Positions 13,801 to 25,809 of a stretch of 64,000 nucleotides of DNA are shown here, piece by piece. Where the stretch lies: positions 744,001-808,000 of the forward strand of contig MU054132.1 in NCBI GenBank assembly GCA_013239625.1, written 5' to 3'. Source of the DNA: Lama guanicoe (lineage: Eukaryota). Both the position numbers and the translations under genes were made by a program. How positions within the stretch are numbered: position 1 is the first letter of the stretch; every line of letters begins with the position of its first letter. Under the pieces are notes generated by a model that saw nothing but the letters and a program-made list of their open reading frames with translations, was not told the DNA's origin and did no database searches.

Positions 13801-14100
13801 GAAATTAGAAACCAAACCAAAAGTACACCAGTAATGATTGTCACCAGTGTTATTTTCTCTTATGGTTTCAAACTGTGCAGCAGGTCCACTGGTAACAAAT
13901 TCCCTTAGCTTTTGTTTATCTGGAATGTCTTAATTGCTCCTTCATTATTGAAGTACAGTTTTGTAGAATACAGAACTCTTGGTAGAGTTTTTTCTTTCAG
14001 AATTTTAAATATGTGATTCCCACTGCCTTCAGGCCTCCATGGTTTCTGAGGAGAAATCAGTATGTGAAGAGTTGCTTCTCTCTTGCTGCTTCCAAAAACC
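10830..14100 (-). mobile_element. Old fragmented L1M material (3'UTR, ORF2 5' part, ORF1 C-terminus), interrupted by a younger L1
   Basis: T-rich antisense L1 text; ORF1-like remnant IFKILKEK..PRVLYSTKLYFNNEGAIKTF at 13905-14102. Confidence 0.75.
11274..12057 (+). mobile_element. 5'-truncated L1 (ORF2 C-terminus, 3'UTR, polyA)
   Basis: Similar 3' end to the 6309 element; imperfect TSD aatagagctgtt / aacagaactatt. Confidence 0.9.
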
Positions 14101-15901
14101 AAAGGTCAGCTGTTTGGGGGTGGGTGTCAAGGGCTCTCTGGGGACATAGCAAAGGTTCTCTTGGGGAAGCTGCACACAGTGCATGAGCTGACCCCAGGGC
14201 TCTAGATGCAGAGAGGAAGTGTGGGGCCCAGAACTAAGCTGCTGGTGTTTTAGCCACACTACACGATGAAGGTAGACAGTACATTTTATTTATCTACATC
14301 CACTTCCCACACAGTAACTGCTTAAAACATACTGACTAAACTAAAGGTAGCGTATTTCTCATGATTTGAAATATTAAAAATATCTGTGAATTCTAGGAGT
14401 CTAAACATTCTAACAGAAAGAGAAAGAAGGGAAGCACACTCTGGAGCATCCACTTTCCTAGGACCAAGTCTCTTAGGAAAAGTCCATAGGCACTGAAATG
14501 CTTAAAATGGCTCACAGTCATTCTCCAAGCTTGCCCTGGAGCCACGCACAACTCCCCTCTTGTGTATGGGGGCTCTGCATCTGCTGGAACACGCCTGCCC
14601 ATTCTCCTCCTAGGTAACTCATTTTCGAGGCCTCAGCTGCAGTATCACTTGCCCAAGAAGTCTTTCTCCTTTCCCCAAAGTCTGGATTTAAGGTCCCTTC
14701 TATGAGCTGCCAAAGTGCCCCATAACCACCCCAACCATGGTTCTTATCACTGACAGTGGACCTGCCTCTTCCTGTCTCTGTAACAATGATGATGGCTGAT
14801 GGTTTCTTTCACTGAGTACCTACTATGTGCCAAATGGCTTCCATCTTTTTGCTCGTTAAGCCTCATCACACCTAAAAAGGCACACAGATGGCATATCCCC
14901 ACTAGAAAGCGACAGAATCAGTATGGGAACACAAGCAGTCTGGCTCCTGAGTCCGTGCTCTTAACATCACACTATACTACCTTGTATTATGTTTCACTTT
15001 CTTCAAAAATTTAAACTACCATAAATTTGTTTTAATATAAGCAAAAGAAAAAGACTCTACAAAAATGCAAAATGCAAGGGAATAATCACTGTCCATGGCT
15101 ACCAAATTTGAGACCAAAAGATTGGAAGAAAAGTGTCAGGCAATTTTAGAAGTAAAAACATTCACCCTTCCAAGGTCAGAAAAAAAGACTCAAGACATTT
15201 AAAGAAAGAAGCTGTCTGGATATTTTTACCACCACCCATGTTGCTTTCGCAAACTTGCTTCTAGGACTAGATTATATCTTGCCCGACCCTTATCTTACAG
15301 GGGCAAAGGAAATAAACCAGGTCCCTAAAACCTCCCCTGCCTTTCCTGTCTCAGCTCCACCCATCCAGCTGCTCAGGCCAAGCGTTTTGATCTTGACTCC
15401 ACTTTCTCTCACACTCCACGTTTGTTCCTCAGAAAATTTCGAGGACTCCACCTTCAAGATATATTCAGACTCAGCCACGTCTCACCACCTCCAGGGCTTC
15501 CACTTAGACTAAACAACCATCAACTCTTACCTGGAGTAATACACTAGCCTAGCTAGACTCCTTGCTTCCACTCCTGAAGTCACTTCTTTGTTTCCTAATC
15601 AGGTGCAGAACTGCAATCCACGTCTCCCCCACCTCCCGGCCCACACACCTTTCTGCTGCTGTGCAGGTACAGCCTGCTCAGCACGTCCCCAGAGGCTGCT
15701 GCTGCCCTACCCACATCCCCCCTGATCTTATTTTTGGGTATGCTGGCTCAACTTCCAACTGCCGGCCCTTGCGTCTCTTTGCCTGGTGTTGTCCCATTGC
15801 TTCTGGAGGCCTCTCTGCCTAAGTGAGACAGGCCACTAGTGCCGGGAACTCATGCTGGCTGGAAGCAGCCTTCAACTAGCAGTTGATGTCTTGGTGTAGA
15901 T

Positions 15902-16075
15902 TAGGGGTCAGTAAACCACAGCCCATGTTCTGCTTTTATGTGGCCTGGAGCTAAGAGTGGTTTTTACATTTTTAAAGGGTTATTTAAAAACAAACAAAAA
16001 ACAAAGAAAAATATTCAACAGAGACCACAAGTGGCCTTCCTACTGGTCCATTAGGGAATGAGTTTGCTGACCTAG
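15902..16075 (+). mobile_element. MER58B/C-like hAT element
   Basis: aggggtcagtaaac...gagctaagagtggtttttacatttttaaagggtt...agtttgctgacc. Confidence 0.65.
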
Positions 16076-16565
16076 CAGGCAGTCCAGCTCCCCACACCCA
16101 GGTGAGGAACTGTGAGGTGGATGTCCTGCAGTTTCTCAGCGCCCCCAGTGAGATTACTTTCAGTTGCCCAGGGGGGTAACTTGCTGGACGATGCACCTTC
16201 CCGTCTATCTCATTTTTCCACCTTCCGACCAGTGTTCATTTCATCTTACACATAAGCTACGTGTATTCAAACCCTTGTCTCAGGAGGAGCCCAAAGTGAA
16301 ACACATCCCCTGCTCCCCAAATTCTTGCTTATCCTACAAGCAATAATGCCATTCCACTCCTCCACCTGCAGGCAGCCGAACACCTCTCCTCTGTACTCCC
16401 ACAGCAGCCTGCAAACACTGCTCTACAGACTTCAGTCCACCTGCTTGATTTATAAGAGACATGTGAGAAGCGGCCATGCCATTCTAATTTCGGTATCCCC
16501 AATACCAGCCACATGGAAGATGTCCAGGATATGTGGGTTGATTATTTATCTATCAGATGCTCTAC

Positions 16566-17545
16566 CAAGGACTAGCTTCATGGGTGTGCAACCTGTATGG
16601 CTGCAAAGGACCAGGCATTCAGAAGGACTCAGTGTGCCTGGGGTTTAACACTCTATAGTGTGAAGGAAAAGCCCAGCTGGGCTAACAAGCTAAGTCACAA
16701 ATCTAAGTGTGGTAAGTGTCGGTTTACTGATCTAAGTTCTGCTGGGCTAACTCATAAATCTGAAGTTTAGTGTCAGTTTACTGGGCTAACAAGCTATACT
16801 CGTAAAAACAAGTGTCAGTAACGTGATCTGTTCCAAATTGATAAACTCCAGTGTACTGATTCCTTGCTTTTTGTTGTTTGAGCCTTATTGGCTAATAGCC
16901 CCATACTTGTAATTAACCCTATAAACCTCATGTGCTTGGAGGTGCTCAGAGCTTCGGAGCAGAAGCCCCTCTGAGCCCGCCAGCGTAATAAATCTGAGTA
17001 CTCCAACCCTCCGAGTGGTGCTTGTTTCTTGGCTGGCCTGTTGTTTCCGTAACAATAGTAGCTGCATGGAAATTCTTAATAAATGTTTCTTTCAACTTGT
17101 GTTTTGTAGGTGCAGCCCACCACAAAGGAGCACATGCTGAGGATCTGGAGTGTAGGTTCCCATGTGGTCCCTCCTCCCTGGGACGGGTTCTTGACCACCA
17201 GCTCCCCTGCCCACTTGCATCCCAGGATCTGGCCTTCCCCTTCTTGTCCAGGTATCCCCTTTGCTGCCGTCCCCTGCAGGGGCCTGAATGCAAAACAAGG
17301 AGGGTGGGGCTCAGATGTGCATGTCCCACTGTGTCCTCGGGCAGGGTGAGGCATCAGCCAGCCCCCATCCCAGGCTGTCAGCTGAGTAGCACGTCTGGCG
17401 GGCATTTTGGCAGAAGCATGCGTTTCACCCACTCCCATCCAAGCATACTTTAGTATCTTTAATGGTACTTTTCTCCTGCTTTTTGAAGAAACAGCCCTGC
17501 ATTTTCATGCTGCACTGGGTCCCACAAATGATGATCTTGACTCTA
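16566..17545 (+). mobile_element. MER45-like hAT-Tip100 element interrupted by a solo LTR
   Basis: caaggactagcttcatgggtgtgcaacctgt start, gaaattcttaataa middle, gcattttcatgctgcactgggtcccacaaat end. Confidence 0.65.
16659..17054 (+). mobile_element. Solo ERV1-class LTR, 396 bp
   Basis: TG...CA termini, 4-bp TSD ATAG on both sides, TATA-like ctataaa at about 16919, AATAAA at 16987, repeated U3 motifs. Confidence 0.85.
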
Positions 17546-20500
17546 CATTTCCTCCCATTCTCACTTCCAGTCACCTGTGATAGGGAGCTCAGGAGACACT
17601 GAAGACATACAGACAGAGCAACCAGAGAAAGGACACTCTGGGAAGATGCTGCATAGGACACCCCCCTGGAGACATCAGGAGTGTGACATGTTTTCTCTCT
17701 TCCCTTCTCAGGGGAGAACAACAGGACTGGGGTGGGGTAGGGAAAGACTAAAAGGAGAAACTGTGGAGATCGCCTAATCTCTCTTCAGATTGAAATTTTG
17801 GGTGATAAAGGAGTCTCTGATCTCCTATAAGCCTTTCAGAGCTTTTTTGGAGCTTGTTTGTGAGGCTGGGGTAACTTCTGCTTGGGAGAAGGCTCTGGCT
17901 TTGCAATGCTGAACAGGACCCAAAAGCAGCTGCTGGAGCGGGTCCTCTGGGCTCCTGAGTCTAGGCGCTGGGACAGAGGCCAGTGGTGCTCTGGGACTTT
18001 GTTCTCCTCTATCCAGCCGGATTCTCCAAAGCACAGGTGCAGACAGGGCTTGTTACTCAGCTTTCTTTCTTGTTCACAAAAAGGATATAAGTGTGTCCAG
18101 AGAGTGGCCAAATGGGCATAGAAAGAGGGAGCCTGTTCTACAGTTCCCTGTGTGCCCACCCCCAAAGGGTCCACAGTGATCATGAGGAAACCTGAGACGT
18201 GGGCAGACAAGGGAGAGACATTGAGAAGTGGAGGCCACCACAGCTGAGATGTCCAGCCTCAACTGGAAAGTGCTGCTTTCCTCCAAAGAAAGAGGATGAG
18301 GAAAGGGCCAAAGTCTGTCCTCGGATGTCCACGAAGGCTGCAGGGTTATTCTCCTTCAGGAGGTCTAGAACGGCCTCGCTGTGATTCCAACTAGCTCTAT
18401 AATCCACCCTCTATAATCAGGAGCAGCAGGTTATGAAAACACAAGTGACCCAATGATCCTCACATTAACCTCTGACCCGCACACAGACACTCTTCTTCAC
18501 CCCACGGCGCACCCGCCACTTCCCAGGGCAGGTCCCCAGCAACAGCACCCTCTGCCTTGCTGGGCTGCTGCTGGGTCACACCGTGGGTTCCGCTGGCTTA
18601 ATCTCTAGGAAATGTAAACAGATACCTCTTGCCACAGTGCCTACTTGCTAGAAGTTTCGTCAGCTTTTCCCAGAGGAAAGAGCATTCACAGCTCCCAGGG
18701 TGATCCACTGGTGATGAACAGGGTCCACAGCTTACAAGGCTGCTGGATCCAAACAGGAGCAAAAGTAGCAGTCCTTTGGGTTCAAGCTGAACAAGTCTCT
18801 CATTCCAGGAACAATAAAGGAAAGCAATTAAATAGAATCTGAGTCTCTAATAAAACTACCAAAAGCTGTCCATTCATCACACTCGTTTCTGCAGGCAACC
18901 TGAAGCTCTGGCAAAAAGAAGAGCTACTCTGGACAGAAAAGCTTTCCAGGGAGAAGAGGACAGTAAGGCTTGGGCCCTGGGTCCACGATCTCTAGCCTCC
19001 CGGCCTGAAAGGCCCAGAATCTGTGGATTCTCTGATACAACCTTTATCATCTTTGGAGGCTAAGAGACTTCATTTAGCCTCAGAAATTTTTTCCTAAGCC
19101 AATCAGATTTTAAGGGAAAAAAACTCCTCAGTTTATTTATAATCACATAACAAAGATGCTGGTTTGGGAAAACAAGTACACAGCACTAAGAATGTGATGG
19201 TACAGCTGGTACAGGGCAACTGTAAAGACAAGAGGAAACCACAGTGCCCTCAGAGGGTGGGGCTGAAGGAGGCAGCAGGTTCAGAGGGGCAAGCCAGGGA
19301 ATTAGCCTCCCGATCCTCCTGCTGGGGGAGTGCTCAGCTGAATGACCAGAAGCGCAAACAGGAAAGGAGGCGAGGAAGACGCCACCTATTCTTCCAGGAA
19401 TCCTCGACCCAGGGGTTCTCCCAGGAAGCCTCCCTGGCATTGTCTCCTTTTGCACCAAGGCTGTGTCACCTCTGCTATGCATGATACCTGACGAGGGAGG
19501 GGCTGTATTCTGCGTCGCTTTGGCTGGCACACTTCTTGGCATGTATTACAAACATTTTTATTGACATGGCTATAAAACCCAACTGTATGTTCTCTCCTCT
19601 ACTTCTATTACACAGGGCCACTGCTTCAAAAGCCTCTCTGTTCTCTGTCTAGGCAGATCGTGCTGAGCCCTTCTCCTGGCCCAAGGCAGCTGAGACTCTT
19701 ATTTCTCAGGCTTCTTGCTCAAGAAGCAGACTCCTTGCAATAAAAGGTATCAGCACCAGACAATGCTCTTCATAAAGTTCATGGCACCATGGTGAAGCGG
19801 AAGAAGTACAGATTCTGATCTGCCAACACAGACCTGCCAGTTGCAGCACGTACCACTTACTACCCTCCAAGCTAGTTTCATCATCAGAAAGAACTAGGGA
19901 ATAACAACCACCTCCAAGGATGTTAGGCAACCAAATGAAATACCCCGTGCCGAAGCACTTGAGGACCGAAAGAGCCAGTGGCCAGTGAAGGTTAGTCTTC
20001 CTTTCCCTTCCATCAGGCCAATCCTAGCAGAGCCTCACAGACCCCTTTCTCAGGACCGATATTCAGCCAAGACACCTGTGGGACATAAGACAAGCATCTG
20101 CCCAGCTTGGCTGCATCTGGGCTGTACTGGTTATTAAATACTGTTATTACTACATCTGCCTCCCCCCACAACCTCCATCCCATTCTGACTCACCCTCAGT
20201 TGAGGAGTCCTCCATACTTGAGACCTTAGCCATCTCATAGTCTTCATATCAGAGGCCTCCACATCATAAATCCAAGGACAATTTGTTTTGAAACACTTGT
20301 GTGATATCAAATTATTCAAAGATAAAGCCCAACTGCACGCAAGCAGCTGCTAAACATACCCTACGTTCCTTGTCCAAGAAGCTGGCTGGTCCCAGCTGGC
20401 GACACCCAATCCTTGGAAGGTGCACAGTAAAGAGGAGACACCCCTTTCCTATAGCTATACCTGTCTTTGTGGAACGGGAATCACAACTACCTCTTCAACT

Positions 20501-20925
20501 GAAACTGCCCATAAAGAATATGAGTTTAATTCAATATATTCATCCGTTAGGTACTTACTTACCAACCTCCCATATGCAAAGGTACACAAAGAGAGGCCGT
20601 AAGGAATTGAGAATTTATGAAGGGGGCGCTGGAACCCCTCCGCCTCAACGGAAGGCAGTACGAGCAACAATAACCATGACTATCACCACAAACTGCTGCT
20701 CCTGTTCCAGAAATTAGAATAAAAGAGGAAACACTTTTAGTGAGATGTGGCAGAACTTTAGAGAAATTTTCAAGACAGACCCACAGCTTAGTGGTTCCCA
20801 GGCCTGGGAACTCAGGCCCAGCCAGACCTGATGAATGGGGAACTCTAGAGCAGGGTCCAGTAACCTTGCTTAATATGCCCTCCAGATGATTCTCATGCTA
20901 GCTCAGGCCTAGAAAAGCATGACTT

Positions 20926-21079
20926 CAGAAAAAAATTTTTTATGGTTTAGATTTTTTGCAGGTGGAGGTAATTAGGTTTATTTATTTATTTTTAATGGGG
21001 GGGGTACTGGGGATTGAACCCAGGAACTTGAGCATGCTAAGCAGGCATTCTACCACTGAGCTATACCCACTCCCCCGCC
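20926..21079 (-). mobile_element. Vic-1-like tRNA-derived SINE
   Basis: Reverse complement gggtatagctcagtggtagaatgcctgcttagcatgctcaagttcctgggttcaatccccagtacc with A-rich tail; TSD agaaaagcatgactt / agaaaagtatgattt. Confidence 0.9.
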
Positions 21080-22377
21080 AGAAAAGTATGATTTTTTAAA
21101 GAGAGAGATGGATCCCTTAAGAGGGAAAAAACCAAGCAAATCCAAGAACTGGGTTCTCAGAGCACTCCTAATCCATCAGTTACAGGATGCAGCCACAAGT
21201 ATCTTAGCTTGCACAACATGAATTAACAAAGTTTAAACATCAGCACAAATACACGGAGCCAGAGTGAGAGTCAGGAGGAACAGAGTGCCACAGGTATAGG
21301 CACTAGAATCCCTAGACCTGGATTTGAACCCAGTTTCCCTAATTAGCTGTGTACACTAGGCAAGCGTCTAATCCTCCATTTCCCTTTGCTTAAACGGAAA
21401 TATAACTAGACCGCTTCCCAAGGTTTTTGAGGACTGATGAGACATTTAATTGTATACCTGAAGCACCAACACAGCACCCAGCAGGAAATTCTCAATGAAT
21501 GATCCTCATCTTTCCCAGTCCTAATTAGGGAAGAACTTGGGATCATTAACAACTGAACAGCGAGTTCAGTCCTGAACCATCCTTCCTCCAGTACAGCACT
21601 AAAAACATCTACAAATGCTAGATGTACAGTGAATTTGGGAACCAGAATTCTTTCCAAAGAAGGATAATGAGGCGGGCTCTTTTCATGACTGTCAGTGTTT
21701 TAGAGCCAAGAGGACCACCAAGTATCATCTTACATCAAGCTTTGGCTTTTACAATGTCCTCATTAGCCACAGTCTCCAGGGTTCAACAAGGCCCTGTAGA
21801 ATGACAGTATGACAGATGTGGACAAAGGGCAGCTACAGCTCTCACAACAGTCCCTGGTGAGCACAGCAGGCCCCAAGAATCAACCAGAGGTCATAAGGAG
21901 GCTCCACACTAACACAAGAAAATGACTAGACAGTAGAAAACCAAGTCTCTGGGGTTAGCATGCAAGATGGTATCCAAGGATACCATCCAAGGATACCATC
22001 TTGGCCTTTCAACACTTGAAGGCTTCTGTTCTTAACCAGGTACCAAAGGAAGCTGCCACTGTTGAGAAGGAAAATTAAAAGATCATGCCTTTCAATTATC
22101 TTGCAGTTTCTTAGAAGCATCCAAACATTATTTTAAGAGAGATTATCACTGATGTGAACCAATCTGGTGACTCACCAAGTCAGGGCCAGCCTGGGCTATT
22201 TTAGTTTAGTGGTTAAACACCCCAGAACTAGAGCTCTCCATTTGGCAGCTCTAATGAGCCTCAGGTTCCACTGTGAAAAAAGCATATACAGTCCAAGGGC
22301 TACAGAACAGCCAGGGTTAGGAAATCTATGGTCCCAAGACACTGGCTCACCATATCCAGGGCAAGTCTGAAACATAC

Positions 22378-22499
22378 CAGCAGGCTAAGATGCAGAGCCC
22401 CGTGAAGAGAATGATGGGGATGGGGTAGGATGCACAGAGCAGCCCATGGTGGTAGAAGGCCTGAGATATCTTCTCACGCAGCCTTTCAGTCAGGGTCAT
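22378..22499 (-). CDS. SCAP: SCAP exon 2 coding part, 122 bp, with start codon ([41 protein letters not shown], includes TM1)
   Basis: Manual translation from ATG at 22499 matches the SCAP N-terminus; donor TGCTG|gtatgt; absent from the ORF track. Confidence 0.97.
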
Positions 22500-22597
22500 C
22501 CTCAGCTGAAGTCACCTTGCTGCCATCCCGGAAAGTGACCATGGATCAGCCGGGCACACGCTGGACAGCACTGACAATGGACACCATCTGCAGGCAC
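22500..22597 (-). other. SCAP: SCAP exon 2 5'UTR part, 98 nt, containing three upstream ATGs
   Basis: Acceptor ttttctctctttgtgccag|GTG at 22597 with a strong pyrimidine tract. Confidence 0.85.
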
Positions 22598-23239
22598 CTG
22601 GCACAAAGAGAGAAAAGCCAATTAACAAAGAGTACTTGGCTCTGCACAACAGGGCTGCTGGGGGAGGTGGCAGGGGCGGGGATGGGGAAGGGTATCAGGA
22701 TGCCCACATGCAGGATCTGAAATCAGTAATCCCAACACTCCGACCTGCACCCAATCTTGGTCGGCTTCTAGTGACTGTGGGCAGTGTCTAAGTCGGCCTA
22801 ACTGAAGAAACCAAAAGACTGCCTCTCTAGCTCTGGCAATAAACTCTCAGTCCTCTTCTGTATTAGGCAGTTCTAAAAGGCGATTCCTTAGAGAGAGCAT
22901 TTTTCTCACAAGTGGCACAGGAAAGGACGCCTGTGTAACACACAGCACCTTCAGCTGCTCTTGGCCAAATGGGTGTTCTGGACACACCCCACACCATTCT
23001 CTGTGTGCAGGCCAGATTGAGAGAAATCCTTGGGAAAAATCTTTACATAGGGCTGATCCCTCAAAAAACATATTCTTGCACAAACAGTAACTCACTGAAA
23101 AAGTCCACTGGGGGTCAGCCCTCCACATAAAAACACCAAAAACCCTAGGCCCCTGACATAAAACAAGTTTCACTGTGGAAGCAGTATTAGGTGGAAGTCT
23201 CTGCTCCTGGCCCCACAGCTGTTCCCAGGAGCGTGCGAA

Positions 23240-23600
23240 CAGAGGCCCCTCCTCTTCCTGCCTGTCCAGCAGCTGTCTCCTCCTCTGAGTAACCAGGGAA
23301 CCACCTTTCTCCACAGGATTTGGCCCAGACAGACCGTCAGCTAAGGTGCCCCTCCCGACCCCCACCAGGCTGGCTGAACCTCTCTCCCTGGACTCTGATT
23401 TCTGAGCGGAAAGAAGCAGGAACTGGATATGGTAGTGCTTATTCATCCCCAAGAGGTTCCTGCGCCCAAGTTCACGGCTGCTCGGGCTCCAGTCCTTTCT
23501 GAAGTTGAGCCTGTGACCCATCCCCATAGCCTTCCAATAAATTCTCTTTTCACTTGTGTAAGACAAAGTTAATTTCTTTTGCTTCCAAGCAAGAACCTCA
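23240..23600 (+). mobile_element. Old MaLR LTR (MLT1-like)
   Basis: ccttccaataaattctcttttcactt...ttcttttgcttccaagcaagaac MLT1-type end. Confidence 0.5.
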
Positions 23601-24511
23601 AACCAATAAAATCAGAAGAGAAGACTCTAGCAGAAGGCCTAGTGATCTAGAATTCCCTTCCTTACTGAGCCCTCTGATGACATTCCAGTTTAAATCCACT
23701 TATCCTGTTCTATCTTGCTGTTTCCTTTGGTCTGTGCTACAGGGAACCTGCCCAGACATGTGTCTTGGCTTGATTAGGCTCAACGATGAAAACCCAGTCC
23801 AAAGAGATGACTCTTCAGAAGTGTGAGACCAGAAATGAAAAGCAATAGGCGTCACACTACAGCCAATTCACAAGGAGGAATGACTAACACTCCTTCCACC
23901 TTCCTAGGAGCACAAGCCTTAAGCACATATGCAATTTCCCAGTCCAAGAAACTTCTAAGGAAATACTACAAAGGACCCTCTGTGGGTCAATTCAAAAGGC
24001 AACAGACAAAGGAATCAGCAGGTGACAGCTGCTGTCCCAAGGAGCAGAGGTGTTGACAACAGCTCAACCATTCACAAGGCTCACCTGGTCATGACAGGTC
24101 AAAAAGATGTCAAGTAGTGGACCTGCAGCAGGGGACCAGCAACCGTGCTCACCACCCAGAAGAAACAAGGACTCTGGGGAAGCAACCTGTTCCCCCAACC
24201 CTCCATCCTGCCCCCAGTGAGAAAACAAACACTAATGGGATACATGCCTGTGGAGAGACACTACCAAGAGGATCCCTTAACACTGATGCCATAAACGACT
24301 TGTAGCTTTTCCAACCTCAGTCCTCTGCCAAGCCCCACATTTCTTCCCTTTAGCGTCCCCCAAACCAAGCCTTCCAGGAAATTCTGATCCTACTAAACCC
24401 AATCTCATTCTTAGGCTTCTTCCGAACACAAATCAGCAACACAGGAAGCGGTGTGTGTGCTGGGGGCGTGGCGGTGGGGGGGCAGGTTCCCACATCTGCA
24501 GTCCAGCTTTT

Positions 24512-24687
24512 TTTTAACTTTTTTTTTATTGAGTTATAGTCATTTTACAATGTTGTGTCAAATTCCAGTGTAGAGCACAATTTTTCAGTTATACATGAAT
24601 ATATATACATTCATTGTCACATTCTCTTTCACTGTGAGCCACCACAAGATCCTGTATATATTTTCCTGCGCTACATAGTACAATCTT
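24512..24687 (-). mobile_element. Short young L1 3' end, sense to SCAP
   Basis: Poly-T then ttattgagttatagtcattttacaatgttgtgtcaaattccagtg; TSD tgcagtccagctttt / tgcaatccagctttt. Confidence 0.9.
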
Positions 24688-25809
24688 TGCAATCCAGCTT
24701 TTATACATGAAACTACTAACATGAGAAAAAAAAAACTAGCTCACTTCCATTTTGCAGCAAATACAAATCTTTCTGACATGACCTTAGCCAATTTCAGTTT
24801 CCACTGATCTTTATTAGTTATACTAATTGTTAATTTTCACTGCACCTGGAAAATAAAGTTAAAAAAAAATCCAAATTCCAGTTCATTACAGAGCTCACCT
24901 ACCTGAACTCAGCAAGAGAATTATTCATCCTTATGCTGCTGAACACATTTTAATGCAAAGCTGTTCCAAAGCAAAATTTACCCAATTTGAACTGAAAACC
25001 TGTTTTTCTTACATTGCCCCACACTTATAAATTTATTCAGATCAAAATCTACAACTCTGAATTCAGCTTCCTGAATTTAAAGAAACACAACATATGGAAA
25101 GGATGGAGGCCCTGAGGGCCTGAGTGGACCACTTTACATAAAAGTGTAAACAGTCCTATCAAATGCCTTTGCAGGAATCCCTACCACAAGCAAAAACAAA
25201 GGAGTTTGTTATTAGATACCCAAATTACAGAGCTCTACAGAAAAAACTATTAGAACAAGGACGGAAGAACAGTTCTGAGGACGTCTACAGAGAGGACAAG
25301 CCCAGTTCAAGTCAGACCCACTGGCTCAGAAGATAAGGGGCACTAAGGGACAGAATGAGACCATGAGGGCAGACTGGGGAGGCAGGTTCATTCCACTGTC
25401 ATGAGCTTGCCTGAGGTGCCCAGAATCCTCAACCTGCCCCAAATGAGATAATAAATGTGGAAATTTTAGAAAAATCCATACACAATACATATATAAACAT
25501 ACGACATGATTTTTTAAAATGATGTTCTATTTATTTTGCACCTGTATTCACCAAACTCTCAGCATTTAAAATTCCCTTCAACCGACTCACACAAATTAAG
25601 AATCAACCAAGAAAAATAAATGTACCAAAGTCCCAAGGGAGATGGAGACAGTAGGAAAAGAGATGTGAAAACTATATAGACTGCAAGCAGGCTCTGTGCC
25701 AAAGCTTTCCAGGATTATTTGTTGATAATCATTACCATCTCCCTCAAGCTTTAGCCACACTGGACCTACCATCATTGTTCTTCCTATCACAAATGTTTAC
25801 TGACTATCC

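Noticed and set aside
17825..18407. Cluster of overlapping minus-strand ORFs with protein-like stretches such as EAVLDLLKENNPAAFVDIRGQ
   Set aside because: No homology I can recognise and no consistent exon structure; possibly ancient repeat debris, and BLASTX or Dfam would settle it
22847..23566. Longest ORF in the window, 239 aa on the minus strand
   Set aside because: No recognisable domain, non-ATG start, and it overlaps an old MaLR LTR
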